The notes below the pieces were generated by a model. The model worked only from the letters and a program-made list of their open reading frames with translations. It was not told the DNA's origin and did not search any database. Shown in pieces: positions 9,220 through 19,325 of a DNA stretch of 24,264 nucleotides. The stretch is from an uncultured Clostridia bacterium (lineage in GTDB: Bacteria; Bacillota; Clostridia; TANB77; CAG-508). Position 1 is the stretch's first letter. Each line of letters starts with the position of its first letter. The stretch is taken from contig CANRMR010000022.1 of the NCBI GenBank assembly GCA_947631785.1, forward strand, positions 1 to 24,264, given 5' to 3'. A program made the translations under genes and the position numbers.

Positions 9220-9667
9220 ATGATAGCAATAGGTAGTGATCATGGTGGATATAAATTAAAGGAAGAAATAAAAAGGTATTTAGATGAAAAACAAATAGAT
9301 TATAAAGATTTTGGAACGGTTTCAGAAGAAATGGTAGATTATCCTGAAATTGCAAAAAAAGTTGCAAAATCTATACAATCAAAAGAATGTGATAGAGGAA
9401 TCTTAATATGTAGAAGTCGGATTCGGTATGGAAATTGTAGCAAATAAATTTAAATCAATTAGGTGCACTAATGTATCAAATGAGCAAGGGGCAAAATTTG
9501 CAAGATTACACAATGATTCAAATGTATTGGCATTAGGTGCAGATTACTTAAGTGTACATGATGCAATTTGTATATTAAGAATGTGGATTGCAACAGAATT
9601 TGAAGGTGGAAGACATTTAGATAGATTAAAAATGATTGAAGAAATAGAAAAAGAAAATATGAAATAG
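9220..9667 (+). CDS. rpiB: Ribose-5-phosphate isomerase B (LacA/B family); needs a +1 shift at CGG 9418-9420 (track ORFs 9220..9447 and 9428..9667)
   Basis: AGGAGG RBS. The product begins [16 protein letters not shown] and runs to ..RGILICRS, then CGG. The +1 frame continues [30 protein letters not shown], collinear with the RpiB core C-G-(T/S)-G-x-G..ANK..HN(D)..FEGGRH. Confidence 0.9.
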
Positions 9668-9691
9668 TCGTAGATTAAGGGAGGAAGCAAC

Positions 9692-10741
9692 ATGTGGGGA
9701 GATATAGCAATAGCCTTCTTACTTGCTTTTATTACAAGTTTCGTAATTACACCAAAAACAATAAAACTTGCAAAAAAAGTAGGGGCAGTAGATTCACCAT
9801 TAGATGAAAGAAGAATTAATAAAACAGTTATGCCAAGATTAGGAGGATTAGCAGTTATAGCAGGATTTGTAATCTCTGTTATATACCTAATAATTATTAT
9901 GAATATTGAAGGAAGCATAAATTTATTTGGTATAGAAAAATATGCAATGAAGCTTGGAGGCTTTTTTCTAGGAGCATTAATAATTAGCATAGTTTGCTAT
10001 ATAGATGACTTAAAAGATATTCCAGCACTTGTAAAATTGGCTGCTCAAATTATTGCTGCACTAATTGTAGTTGCATTTGGAGTAAAAATAGAACACATTA
10101 ATATACCATTTTTGCAAACTAAACAGCTTAGTGAAACATTTTCAATTATTCTAACAGTAGGATGGATTGTAGGTATAACAAATGCAATAAATTTAATAGA
10201 TGGATTAGATGGATTATCTGCAGGAATTTCACTAATATCATGTATTTCATTAATAATTATATTTTCGCTAAATGGTTCACCATTAATTGCAATTATTTTA
10301 ATTGCTGCATTAGCAGGTTCGCTAACTGGATTTTTGCCATTTAATTTTAATCCAGCTAAAACTTTTATAGGAGATACAGGATCTAATTTTCTAGGATTTA
10401 CTTTAGCCGTTGTATCAATATTGGGAATAGCAAAAACATATACTTTAATAGTAATTGTTGCACCACTTTTTGTACTTGCACTTCCTGTATTTGATACATT
10501 AATGGCAATATTTAGAAGAATTAAAAATGGTAAATCATTAAAAGCAGTAATTGAGCCAGATAATGGACACTTACATCATAGAATGTTAAAAAAGGGATTT
10601 ACACAAAAACAAGCAGTACTTATACTTTATGGAATTAGTGCAACATTTGGAATGTTTACAATAATATTATTAGAAAGTGGAATATGGAAGGCTATATCTT
10701 TTGCATTGATTATAGTTGCAGTAATAGCACTTCGGATATAA
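9692..10741 (+). CDS. MraY/WecA-family (GT4) polyprenyl-phosphate N-acetylhexosamine-1-phosphate transferase (WecA/TagO-like); in-frame CGG three codons before the frame-0 stop, and a +1 reading would extend it to 10787
   Basis: GGGAGGA RBS. The 349-aa polytopic protein has the family motifs YIDDLKD, ITNAINLIDGLDGL, FNFNPAKTFIGDTGSNFLG and a cytoplasmic HLHHR. Frame 0 ends ..VIAL-R(CGG 10733-10735)-I-stop. The +1 frame reads G-YKNIFQEQEQEEQNKT-stop (10785-10787). Confidence 0.85.
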   Translation: MWGDIAIAFLLAFITSFVITPKTIKLAKKVGAVDSPLDERRINKTVMPRLGGLAVIAGFVISVIYLIIIMNIEGSINLFGIEKYAMKLGGFFLGALIISIVCYIDDLKDIPALVKLAAQIIAALIVVAFGVKIEHINIPFLQTKQLSETFSIILTVGWIVGITNAINLIDGLDGLSAGISLISCISLIIIFSLNGSPLIAIILIAALAGSLTGFLPFNFNPAKTFIGDTGSNFLGFTLAVVSILGIAKTYTLIVIVAPLFVLALPVFDTLMAIFRRIKNGKSLKAVIEPDNGHLHHRMLKKGFTQKQAVLILYGISATFGMFTIILLESGIWKAISFALIIVAVIALRI

Positions 10742-10791
10742 AAATATATTTCAAGAACAAGAACAAGAAGAACAAAATAAAACATAAAAAT

Positions 10792-10816
10792 AAAGGTACG
10801 GTGAAAACGTACCTTT
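10792..10816 (+). terminator. Putative terminator hairpin after the GT4 transferase
   Basis: AAAGGTACG (10792-10800) pairs with CGTACCTTT (10808-10816) around the loop GTGAAAA. The downstream T-run is weak, so this is moderate evidence only. Confidence 0.45.
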
Positions 10817-10844
10817 ACTGTTAAATTAAAAAGGAGGAGATAAT

Positions 10845-13138
<2,294 letters not shown>

Positions 13139-13152
13139 AAATATAAAATTAT

Positions 13153-13182
13153 AAAAGGCACAAAATAATGTGCCTTTTATAA
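13153..13182 (+). terminator. Putative rho-independent terminator of obg
   Basis: AAAAGGCACA (13153-13162) pairs with TGTGCCTTTT (13169-13178) around the loop AAATAA. The T-tract is short. Confidence 0.6.
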
Positions 13183-13212
13183 TACAAACATTACAAAAAT
13201 ATTACAAAACTA

Positions 13213-13241
13213 TTGCAAATATTACAATATTATGGTATAAT
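13213..13241 (+). promoter_or_regulatory. Sigma-A-type promoter for the 13273 gene
   Basis: TTGCAA (13213-13218), a 17-nt spacer ending in TGg (extended -10), then TATAAT (13236-13241). This lies about 30 nt upstream of the ATG at 13273. Confidence 0.6.
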
Positions 13242-13272
13242 AATTATGTAAGTTGCAAAAGAAGGTGATTTT

Positions 13273-13605
13273 ATGGGAATAATTACTATCCTATATATAT
13301 TAATATTTATAATAGTTTCATTACTAGCATTTGCTGTTATGCAACTAAATTTAGCAGGAATAAAAGTAAAAGATTTTTGGACATTTATTGAAGCAAACCA
13401 AATGTTAGATAAATTATATGCATTTTCAAAAAGATGCGAAAAATTAAGTCCTCAAGAGCAAATTTTATTTTTAGGTGAAGCTGAAAAAATATTTGAAGCA
13501 TTTGAAAAAGTACCAGATGCTTTATGGGAAGAAGAATATGAAAAATATGAAGAAGTCTTAAGCAGATATCAAAATATCAAAGTACTTAGATGGGCTTCAA
13601 ACTAA
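13273..13605 (+). CDS. Hypothetical membrane-anchored protein (one N-terminal TM helix, acidic helical C-terminal part)
   Basis: GAAGGTG RBS. The 110-aa product has a TM helix (IITILYILIFIIVSLLAFAVM) followed by a charged region (..EAFEKVPDALWEEEYEKYEEVL). It has its own promoter and terminator. I recognise no family. Confidence 0.55.
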   Translation: MGIITILYILIFIIVSLLAFAVMQLNLAGIKVKDFWTFIEANQMLDKLYAFSKRCEKLSPQEQILFLGEAEKIFEAFEKVPDALWEEEYEKYEEVLSRYQNIKVLRWASN

Positions 13606-13640
13606 ACAATGTTTAACATAAAAAATTCTATATATAAATG

Positions 13641-13683
13641 AAATAGGTAGAAATATTAAAATTCTATCTATTTTATTGTTTTT
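13641..13683 (+). terminator. Rho-independent terminator
   Basis: AAATAGGTAGAA (13641-13652) pairs with TTCTATCTATTT (13662-13673) with one G-T pair. A T-rich tail follows to 13683. Confidence 0.65.
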
Positions 13684-13787
13684 CAACACTTTTATAAGGG
13701 GCAGTTATAAGTAAAAATTAATTTTTCACAATATAGACACAAATAATTATTATAATGTATAATAGTTATTGAAAGTGAGGTAAAAAC

Positions 13788-14465
13788 ATGCAAACAATTA
13801 CAATTCTAATTGTAGATGATGAAGAGAGAATTAGAAAATTAATCAAAGACTTTTTTATTCAAAAAAACTATTCTATAATAGAAGCTAAAGATGGAGAAGA
13901 TGCAATAAAAATATTTAATGAAAATAAAGAAAAAATAGACCTAATTTTATTAGATGTAATGATGCCAAAGCAAGATGGATGGTCTGTTTTAAGAAAAATA
14001 AGACAAGATTCAAAAGTACCAGTAGTAATGCTAACTGCAAGAGGTGAAGAACAAGATGAGTTATTTGGTTTTGAGCTTGGTGTTGATGAGTATATATCAA
14101 AACCTTTTAGTCCAAAAATTTTAGTAGCAAGAGTAGAAGCGCTTTTAAAAAGGATAAAAAAAGAAGAAAATGAAAAACAAGATATAAATGGAATTGTTAT
14201 TGATGATAAAGGAAGAACAGTAACAGTAGATGGTAATTTAGTTGAATTTAGTTTAAGAGAATATGAATTATTTAAATATTTAGTTGATAATAAAGGTATT
14301 GCATTATCAAGAGATAAAATATTAAATAATGTATGGAATTACGATTATTATGGAGATTCAAGGACAATTGATAGTCACATAAAAAAGATAAGACATAAAA
14401 TTGGAAAAAAAGGAAAGTATATTCAAACAATTAGAGGAATTGGATATAAATTTGAAGTAAAATAA
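13788..14465 (+). CDS. OmpR/PhoB-family response regulator
   Basis: The receiver domain has ILIVDDEE, DLILLDVMMPKQDG and LTARGEE..KPF. The C-terminal winged helix has LREYELFKYL, RTIDSHIKKIRHKI and TIRGIGYKF. Confidence 0.93.
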   Translation: MQTITILIVDDEERIRKLIKDFFIQKNYSIIEAKDGEDAIKIFNENKEKIDLILLDVMMPKQDGWSVLRKIRQDSKVPVVMLTARGEEQDELFGFELGVDEYISKPFSPKILVARVEALLKRIKKEENEKQDINGIVIDDKGRTVTVDGNLVEFSLREYELFKYLVDNKGIALSRDKILNNVWNYDYYGDSRTIDSHIKKIRHKIGKKGKYIQTIRGIGYKFEVK

Positions 14466-14493
14466 TTATACCTAAAAAGGAATGAAATAAAAA

Positions 14494-15966
14494 ATGAAAA
14501 TAAAATCAATTAGAATGAAACTATTTTTTACATTATGTATAACTTTAGTAATTATTGTTGTTTGTTTAATTTTAATTAATTCATTTGTACTAGAAAAATT
14601 TTATATGTATTCTAAACAAAAGAAGCTTCTGCTTGGATATGAAGTTGTAAATAATTATTATAAAGGAAATTCTCCAAATATTGATATAGAATCAGAGTTA
14701 GAAAAAATATCTATAAATAATGATTTTGATATTTTAATTAAAAGTGAAAAAAATGAAATATTGTATATTACAAATAAAGACTTTTCAAACAATATATCAT
14801 TTCATGGAATTGTAAGTTTAAATAAAAATGAAACAAATATTATATATAAAAACGATAAATTGCAGATAATAAATGTAGATGATAACAAAAATGGTCTAAA
14901 TTTTATAACATTAGAAGGAAAGTTAGATAATGGCTATTTATTATATATGAGACTTGCAGTAACATCTATTAAAGAAAGTGTAAAAATATCTAATGATTTT
15001 CTATGCCTTATGGGAGGAATTATCATTATAATTAGTGGAATCATAGTATCTATAATATCTAGACACTTTACAAAGCCAATTTCAGAAATAAGTGAAATTG
15101 CAGATAAGATGTCAAAACTTGATTTTAGCAAAAAATATATAGACAATGGAATAGATGATGAAATTGGAAAACTTGGTAAAAGCATTAACTTAATGTCAGA
15201 TAAATTAGAAAAAACAATTACAAGATTAAGACAAAATAACATAGAGTTAGAAAGAGATATTGAAGAAAAATCAAAAATTGACGAAATGAGAAAACAGTTT
15301 ATATCTGATGTATCTCATGAACTAAAAACACCAATTTCGTTAATTCAAGGTTATGCAGAAGGTTTAGTAGAAAATGTTACAAAAGATGAAGAAAACAAAA
15401 AATTTTATGCAGAAGTTATTTTAGATGAAGCAGAAAAAATGGACACACTTGTAAAAAGACTACTAGAATTAATGAAATTAGAATATGGTGAAAAGCAATT
15501 TGAAGATAAAGAATTTAATATTATAGAATTAATTCAAGAAGTTATTCGCAAGCAAAAAGTAGTTTTAGATGAAAAACAAATAAATGTTAAAATTGAAAAT
15601 ACCAAACCAATATATGTAAAAGCAGATGATTTTTATATAGAACAAGTTTTAACTAATTATCTTACAAATGCTATTAAAAACGTGCAAGAAGTAGATGGAA
15701 AAAAAGAAATTAATATTTTAATTCAAAAAAAGGAAGATAAAGTAAGAATAAAAGTAGCAAATACAGGAAAACAAATTCCAGAAGAAGATATCCCAAGAAT
15801 TTGGAATAGATTTTATAAAATAGATGAATCAAGAAATAGGCAAGATGGCGGAACAGGAATAGGACTTGCAATTGTAAAAGCAATTATGAATAACTACCAA
15901 AATGAATATGGAGTAAATAATTTAGAAAATGGTGTAGAATTTTATTTTGAAGTGGATTTAAAATAA
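14494..15966 (+). CDS. Sensor histidine kinase (two TM helices, extracytoplasmic loop, HAMP, HisKA, HATPase_c)
   Basis: H-box FISDVSHELKTPISLIQGYAEGL, N-box LTNYLTNAIKN and G-boxes NTGKQIPEEDIPRIW..GGTGIGLAIVKAI. It lies 28 nt downstream of the response regulator. Confidence 0.92.
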   Translation: MKIKSIRMKLFFTLCITLVIIVVCLILINSFVLEKFYMYSKQKKLLLGYEVVNNYYKGNSPNIDIESELEKISINNDFDILIKSEKNEILYITNKDFSNNISFHGIVSLNKNETNIIYKNDKLQIINVDDNKNGLNFITLEGKLDNGYLLYMRLAVTSIKESVKISNDFLCLMGGIIIIISGIIVSIISRHFTKPISEISEIADKMSKLDFSKKYIDNGIDDEIGKLGKSINLMSDKLEKTITRLRQNNIELERDIEEKSKIDEMRKQFISDVSHELKTPISLIQGYAEGLVENVTKDEENKKFYAEVILDEAEKMDTLVKRLLELMKLEYGEKQFEDKEFNIIELIQEVIRKQKVVLDEKQINVKIENTKPIYVKADDFYIEQVLTNYLTNAIKNVQEVDGKKEINILIQKKEDKVRIKVANTGKQIPEEDIPRIWNRFYKIDESRNRQDGGTGIGLAIVKAIMNNYQNEYGVNNLENGVEFYFEVDLK

Positions 15967-15982
15967 AATAAAAAGCTATCTT

Positions 15983-16026
15983 AAAAAATAAATAGAAAAT
16001 TTATGATTTCTATTTATTTTTTTTAT
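15983..16026 (+). terminator. Putative terminator (16-bp AT-rich perfect hairpin plus T-run)
   Basis: AAAAAATAAATAGAAA (15983-15998) pairs with TTTCTATTTATTTTTT (16007-16022). Confidence 0.55.
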
Positions 16027-16066
16027 ATTTTTATATATAATAGTACAAAAAAATAAGGAGAAGCAA

Positions 16067-17743
16067 ATGGAAAAGGAAAAACAAACAAAAATTAAATTTC
16101 ATATTTTAGCAATAGTATGTATTATTATATTTGGAATTGCGGTTACTCCAGTAACTTTGCAAAATGATACTTTTTATACAATAAAAATTGGTGAGCACAT
16201 TATGCAAAATGGAATAGATATGCAAGATCCGTTTTCTTGGCATGAAGATTTGCCATATACATATCCACATTGGTTATATGATGTTGGAACATATATAGTG
16301 TATAATTTTTTTGGTATGACTGGAATTTATATCGCAACAGCTATTTTGAGCTGTATTTTAGGATTAGTAATATATGGCACATCTTGTAAGATTACAAAAA
16401 ATAGATTAGTTTCTTTTGCAATGGCAATACTAGCTTTGTTTGGACTCAGATCATTTATTGCAGCTAGAGCACAACTAGTTACATTTATCTTATTTGTACT
16501 TGAAGTTTATTGTATTGAAATGTTTTTAGAAAAAAAGAAAATAAGGTATGGTGTAGGTTTAATTTTAATTTCAATTTTAATTGCAAATCTACATATAGCA
16601 GTATGGCCATTTTTCTTTGTAATTTTTATGCCATATATTGCAGAATATATTATTGCAAAAATTCAAGACTTTCATATTATAAATAAAATTCATTTAAAAT
16701 ATTTAGATGATAAAATAAAAAAGTATGAAAAAAAGAATAAACAAATAGAAAAAGAGAAAATAGAAAATCAAAAAGATATTGTAATGCAAAAATTTGAAAA
16801 ATTTAAACAAAGACAAAAAGAAATAAAAGAAAACCCATATAAAATTAAAATAGAGAAAAAAACATGGGTAAAAGGCTTAATTTTAATTATGATTATTTGT
16901 GCTTTTACGGGTCTTTTAACACCTTTAGGTGATGCACCATATACATATCTTGTAAAAACAATGCAAGGAAATACAACAGAAAATATTAATGAACATCAAC
17001 CAATTGTATTTGAAAATAATAAATATGCTTTAGTTGCAGTTGGATTATTTTTAGTTATACTAATTTTTACAGATATGAAAATTAGATTAAGAGATTTATT
17101 TATGATATCAGGATTACTTTTACTTATGATAAAATCACAAAGACAATTCTCGATATTTATAATAATTGGAATATTTATTTTAGGAAAACTTATTGCAGAA
17201 TTATTTGAAAAATATGATAAAGAAGGAACCGATCAATTTATAGAACTGATGACAACTTGGATAGGAAAAATATTAACTACTTTGCTAATTATTTTAATTA
17301 GTTATTTAGTTGCAAAAGATAAATTCGATGATAAAATTGTAGATGATTCATCATATCCAGTAGAGGCTGCTGAATTTATAAAAAATAATTTGGACGTAGA
17401 AAATATAAGATTATATAATGAATATAATTATGGAAGTTATTTATTATTTCAAGATATTCCAGTATTTATTGATTCTAGAGCTGACCTATATGCACCAGAA
17501 TTTAACATGCAAAATAAAGACATATTTAGCGATTTTATGAATATATCAAGTGTAAATAGCTATTACGAAGATTTATTTGAAAAATATAATTTTACACATA
17601 TTATGATGTATAAAAATGCAAGATTAAACATTTTTATATCAAGGGATGAAAATTATAAAGAGATATATAGTGATAACAATTTTATAATATACGAAAGAAA
17701 TACAGATAAAGTAAATGGAGGAGCAAAAGATGAAAATCAATAA
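16067..17743 (+). CDS. Large polytopic membrane protein, GT-C-fold-like (putative lipid-linked glycosyltransferase); function not established
   Basis: AAGGAGA RBS. The 558-aa product has about 10 or more TM helices. The first predicted outside loop carries acidic/aromatic motifs (QNDTFYTIKIGEHIMQNGIDMQDPFSWHED..YPHWLYD), as in GT-C enzymes. A K/E-rich predicted coiled insert is present (KYLDDKIKKYEKKNKQIEKEKIENQKD..KQRQKEIKE), and the C-terminal domain is soluble. The family call is from pattern memory only. Confidence 0.4.
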   Translation: MEKEKQTKIKFHILAIVCIIIFGIAVTPVTLQNDTFYTIKIGEHIMQNGIDMQDPFSWHEDLPYTYPHWLYDVGTYIVYNFFGMTGIYIATAILSCILGLVIYGTSCKITKNRLVSFAMAILALFGLRSFIAARAQLVTFILFVLEVYCIEMFLEKKKIRYGVGLILISILIANLHIAVWPFFFVIFMPYIAEYIIAKIQDFHIINKIHLKYLDDKIKKYEKKNKQIEKEKIENQKDIVMQKFEKFKQRQKEIKENPYKIKIEKKTWVKGLILIMIICAFTGLLTPLGDAPYTYLVKTMQGNTTENINEHQPIVFENNKYALVAVGLFLVILIFTDMKIRLRDLFMISGLLLLMIKSQRQFSIFIIIGIFILGKLIAELFEKYDKEGTDQFIELMTTWIGKILTTLLIILISYLVAKDKFDDKIVDDSSYPVEAAEFIKNNLDVENIRLYNEYNYGSYLLFQDIPVFIDSRADLYAPEFNMQNKDIFSDFMNISSVNSYYEDLFEKYNFTHIMMYKNARLNIFISRDENYKEIYSDNNFIIYERNTDKVNGGAKDENQ

Positions 17744-18221
17744 AAAATATTTTGCAATTATTATCTTTATACTTCTACTAATTGCACTTGACCAAATAAG
17801 TAAGTTTTATGCATTAAAAAAAAATGAAGCTGAAATTATCCCTTCATTTATCAAAATAGAAAATGTAAATAACGAAGGTATTGAAGATAAAGCAAAAGAT
17901 AAAAGTATAGTTATGAACAGTATTACAAATTTAGTTATAATTGGAGTAATTGTTCGTTTTATGGTACTACAAAGTAAAAAAATAACCAAAAGTCAATATG
18001 CATTTTTATCACTAATTATAGCAGGTGGATTAAGTAATTTAATAGATACACTTTTAAGAGGATATGTAATTTATTTTATTAAGATAGGTCAGAAATTACC
18101 AAATATAAATCTTGCAAGCATCTATATTATTATAGGTTGGGTTATGATAGTAGCATATTTTACAAAATATAGTTATAATGAGTTAAAAGAAAGGAAAAAG
18201 AATGCAAACAAAGATAAATGA
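17730..18221 (+). CDS. lspA: Signal peptidase II (LspA)-like protein, divergent (second catalytic Asp motif replaced)
   Basis: The likely start is ATG 17730 (GGAGGAG 6 nt upstream), not the track start 17715. LspA landmarks are present: ALDQISKF (DQxTK), AGGLSNLIDT (GGAxGNxxDR) and PNINLASIYIIIG (FNxADxxIxxG). It sits directly upstream of rluD, the classic lspA-rluD arrangement. Confidence 0.6.
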   Translation: MKINKKYFAIIIFILLLIALDQISKFYALKKNEAEIIPSFIKIENVNNEGIEDKAKDKSIVMNSITNLVIIGVIVRFMVLQSKKITKSQYAFLSLIIAGGLSNLIDTLLRGYVIYFIKIGQKLPNINLASIYIIIGWVMIVAYFTKYSYNELKERKKNANKDK

Positions 18222-19140
18222 ATACACAATTACAAACGAATTAGCAAATCAAAGATTAGATAAAATAGTAACTATTCTTGATAATCAGTTATCAAGAATG
18301 GAAGGACAAAGATTAATAGATGAAGGAAATGTATTAGTAAACGAAAAAAAGCAAAAACCATCTTATAAGGTAATGTATAAAGATAAAATTACAATACAAA
18401 AAAGACCACCAAATGAAATAGGAATAATAGCACAAGAAATACCCATTGATATTATTTACGAAGATGATGAGATTATTGTAGTTAATAAACCCAAGGGGAT
18501 GGTTGTTCACCCAGCAAATGGAAATTTAGATGGAACACTTGTAAATGCTATTATGGCAATTTGCAAAGAAAGCTTATCTGGAATTGGTGGAAAATTAAGA
18601 CCTGGTATTATACATAGGTTAGATAAAGACACATCTGGAATTTTAATTATAGCAAAAAATGATAATGCACACATCAAAATTAGTAACCAAATTCAAAATA
18701 GAGAAACTAAAAAAATATATTTAGCATTAGTTAGAGGAAATGTAAAAGAAAAAGAAGCAACTATTAATATGCCAATAGGAAGAAGTACAAAAGATAGAAA
18801 AAAAATGGCTGTAAATAGAAATGGAAAAGAGGCTATCACTCATTTTAAAGTTTTAGAAAGATTTAATGGTTATACATTATTAGAAGTAAAAATAGATACT
18901 GGAAGAACCCATCAAATACGTGTCCATTTATCTGAAATAGGCTATCCTATAGTAGGAGATGAAGTTTATTCAAATGGAAAAAATCCATTTGGAGTAAAAG
19001 GACAATGTTTGCATGCAAAATCTATTTACTTTATGCACCCTACAACACATGAAATGATGTATTTAGAAGCTAAATTACCGAAATATTTTGAAGATTTATT
19101 AACCAAATTAAGACAAGAATTTAAAATTTTCAATAACTAA
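18202..19140 (+). CDS. rluD: RluA-family 23S rRNA pseudouridine synthase, RluD-type (N-terminal S4 domain)
   Basis: QRLDKIV..SRMEGQRLIDEGNVLVN forms the S4 domain. The catalytic motif is GIIHRLDKDTSGILIIAKN, and GRTHQIRVHL is present. It overlaps the lspA-like gene by 20 nt. Confidence 0.9.
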   Translation: MQTKINEYTITNELANQRLDKIVTILDNQLSRMEGQRLIDEGNVLVNEKKQKPSYKVMYKDKITIQKRPPNEIGIIAQEIPIDIIYEDDEIIVVNKPKGMVVHPANGNLDGTLVNAIMAICKESLSGIGGKLRPGIIHRLDKDTSGILIIAKNDNAHIKISNQIQNRETKKIYLALVRGNVKEKEATINMPIGRSTKDRKKMAVNRNGKEAITHFKVLERFNGYTLLEVKIDTGRTHQIRVHLSEIGYPIVGDEVYSNGKNPFGVKGQCLHAKSIYFMHPTTHEMMYLEAKLPKYFEDLLTKLRQEFKIFNN

Positions 19141-19281
19141 TGTAAAAATATAAAATATTTCGATATTTTTGCGAGCGCACCAAAGGGGACCGCCGAGGGC
19201 TGTTCGAGCAAAGCGAGTTACAGCGAAGGTAGAGAGAGCATCGAGTAAAAATAAAAGAAATATTTTTATATTTTTACATTA
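19138..19281. repeat. Inverted-repeat-flanked GC-rich intergenic element (unknown; structured RNA or MITE-like insert)
   Basis: The arms TAATGTAAAAATATAAAATATTTC (19138-19161) and GAAATATTTTTATATTTTTACATTA (19257-19281) are reverse complements apart from one extra T. They enclose a 76-nt core (19171-19246) that I count at about 60% G+C, in otherwise almost pure A/T intergenic DNA. Confidence 0.6.
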
Positions 19282-19325
19282 ATCAGAACTAGTATTATTT
19301 AATTAATTTATAATAAGGAGAATTA

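Noticed and set aside
9412-9414. AGA at the RpiB position that is usually Gly (C-G-T/S-G, here C-R-S-G), considered as a sign that AGA is also recoded
   Set aside because: AGA is the standard Arg codon throughout the window and falls on conserved Arg columns, for example the HU G-R-N-P arm and Obg FRREK. A single substitution or natural variation is the simpler explanation.
9424-9426. Second CGG in rpiB, six nt after the first, as a second recoding event
   Set aside because: After the +1 shift at 9418 this trinucleotide is split as TTC-GGT (F-G), which fits the RpiB G-x-G motif. A second shift would destroy the downstream frame.
10742-10844. Possible T-box leader upstream of trpS
   Set aside because: Only about 100 nt are available, and most of that is a simple hairpin (10792-10816). 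There is no specifier-loop, T-box or antiterminator architecture, which normally needs about 200 nt or more.
19171-19246. tRNA or tRNA fragment in the GC-rich island, suggested by a GTTCGAG T-loop-like string at 19203-19209
   Set aside because: The flanking bases do not form a T-stem (GGGCT versus CAAAG). No acceptor, D or anticodon arms can be drawn, and the length is wrong.
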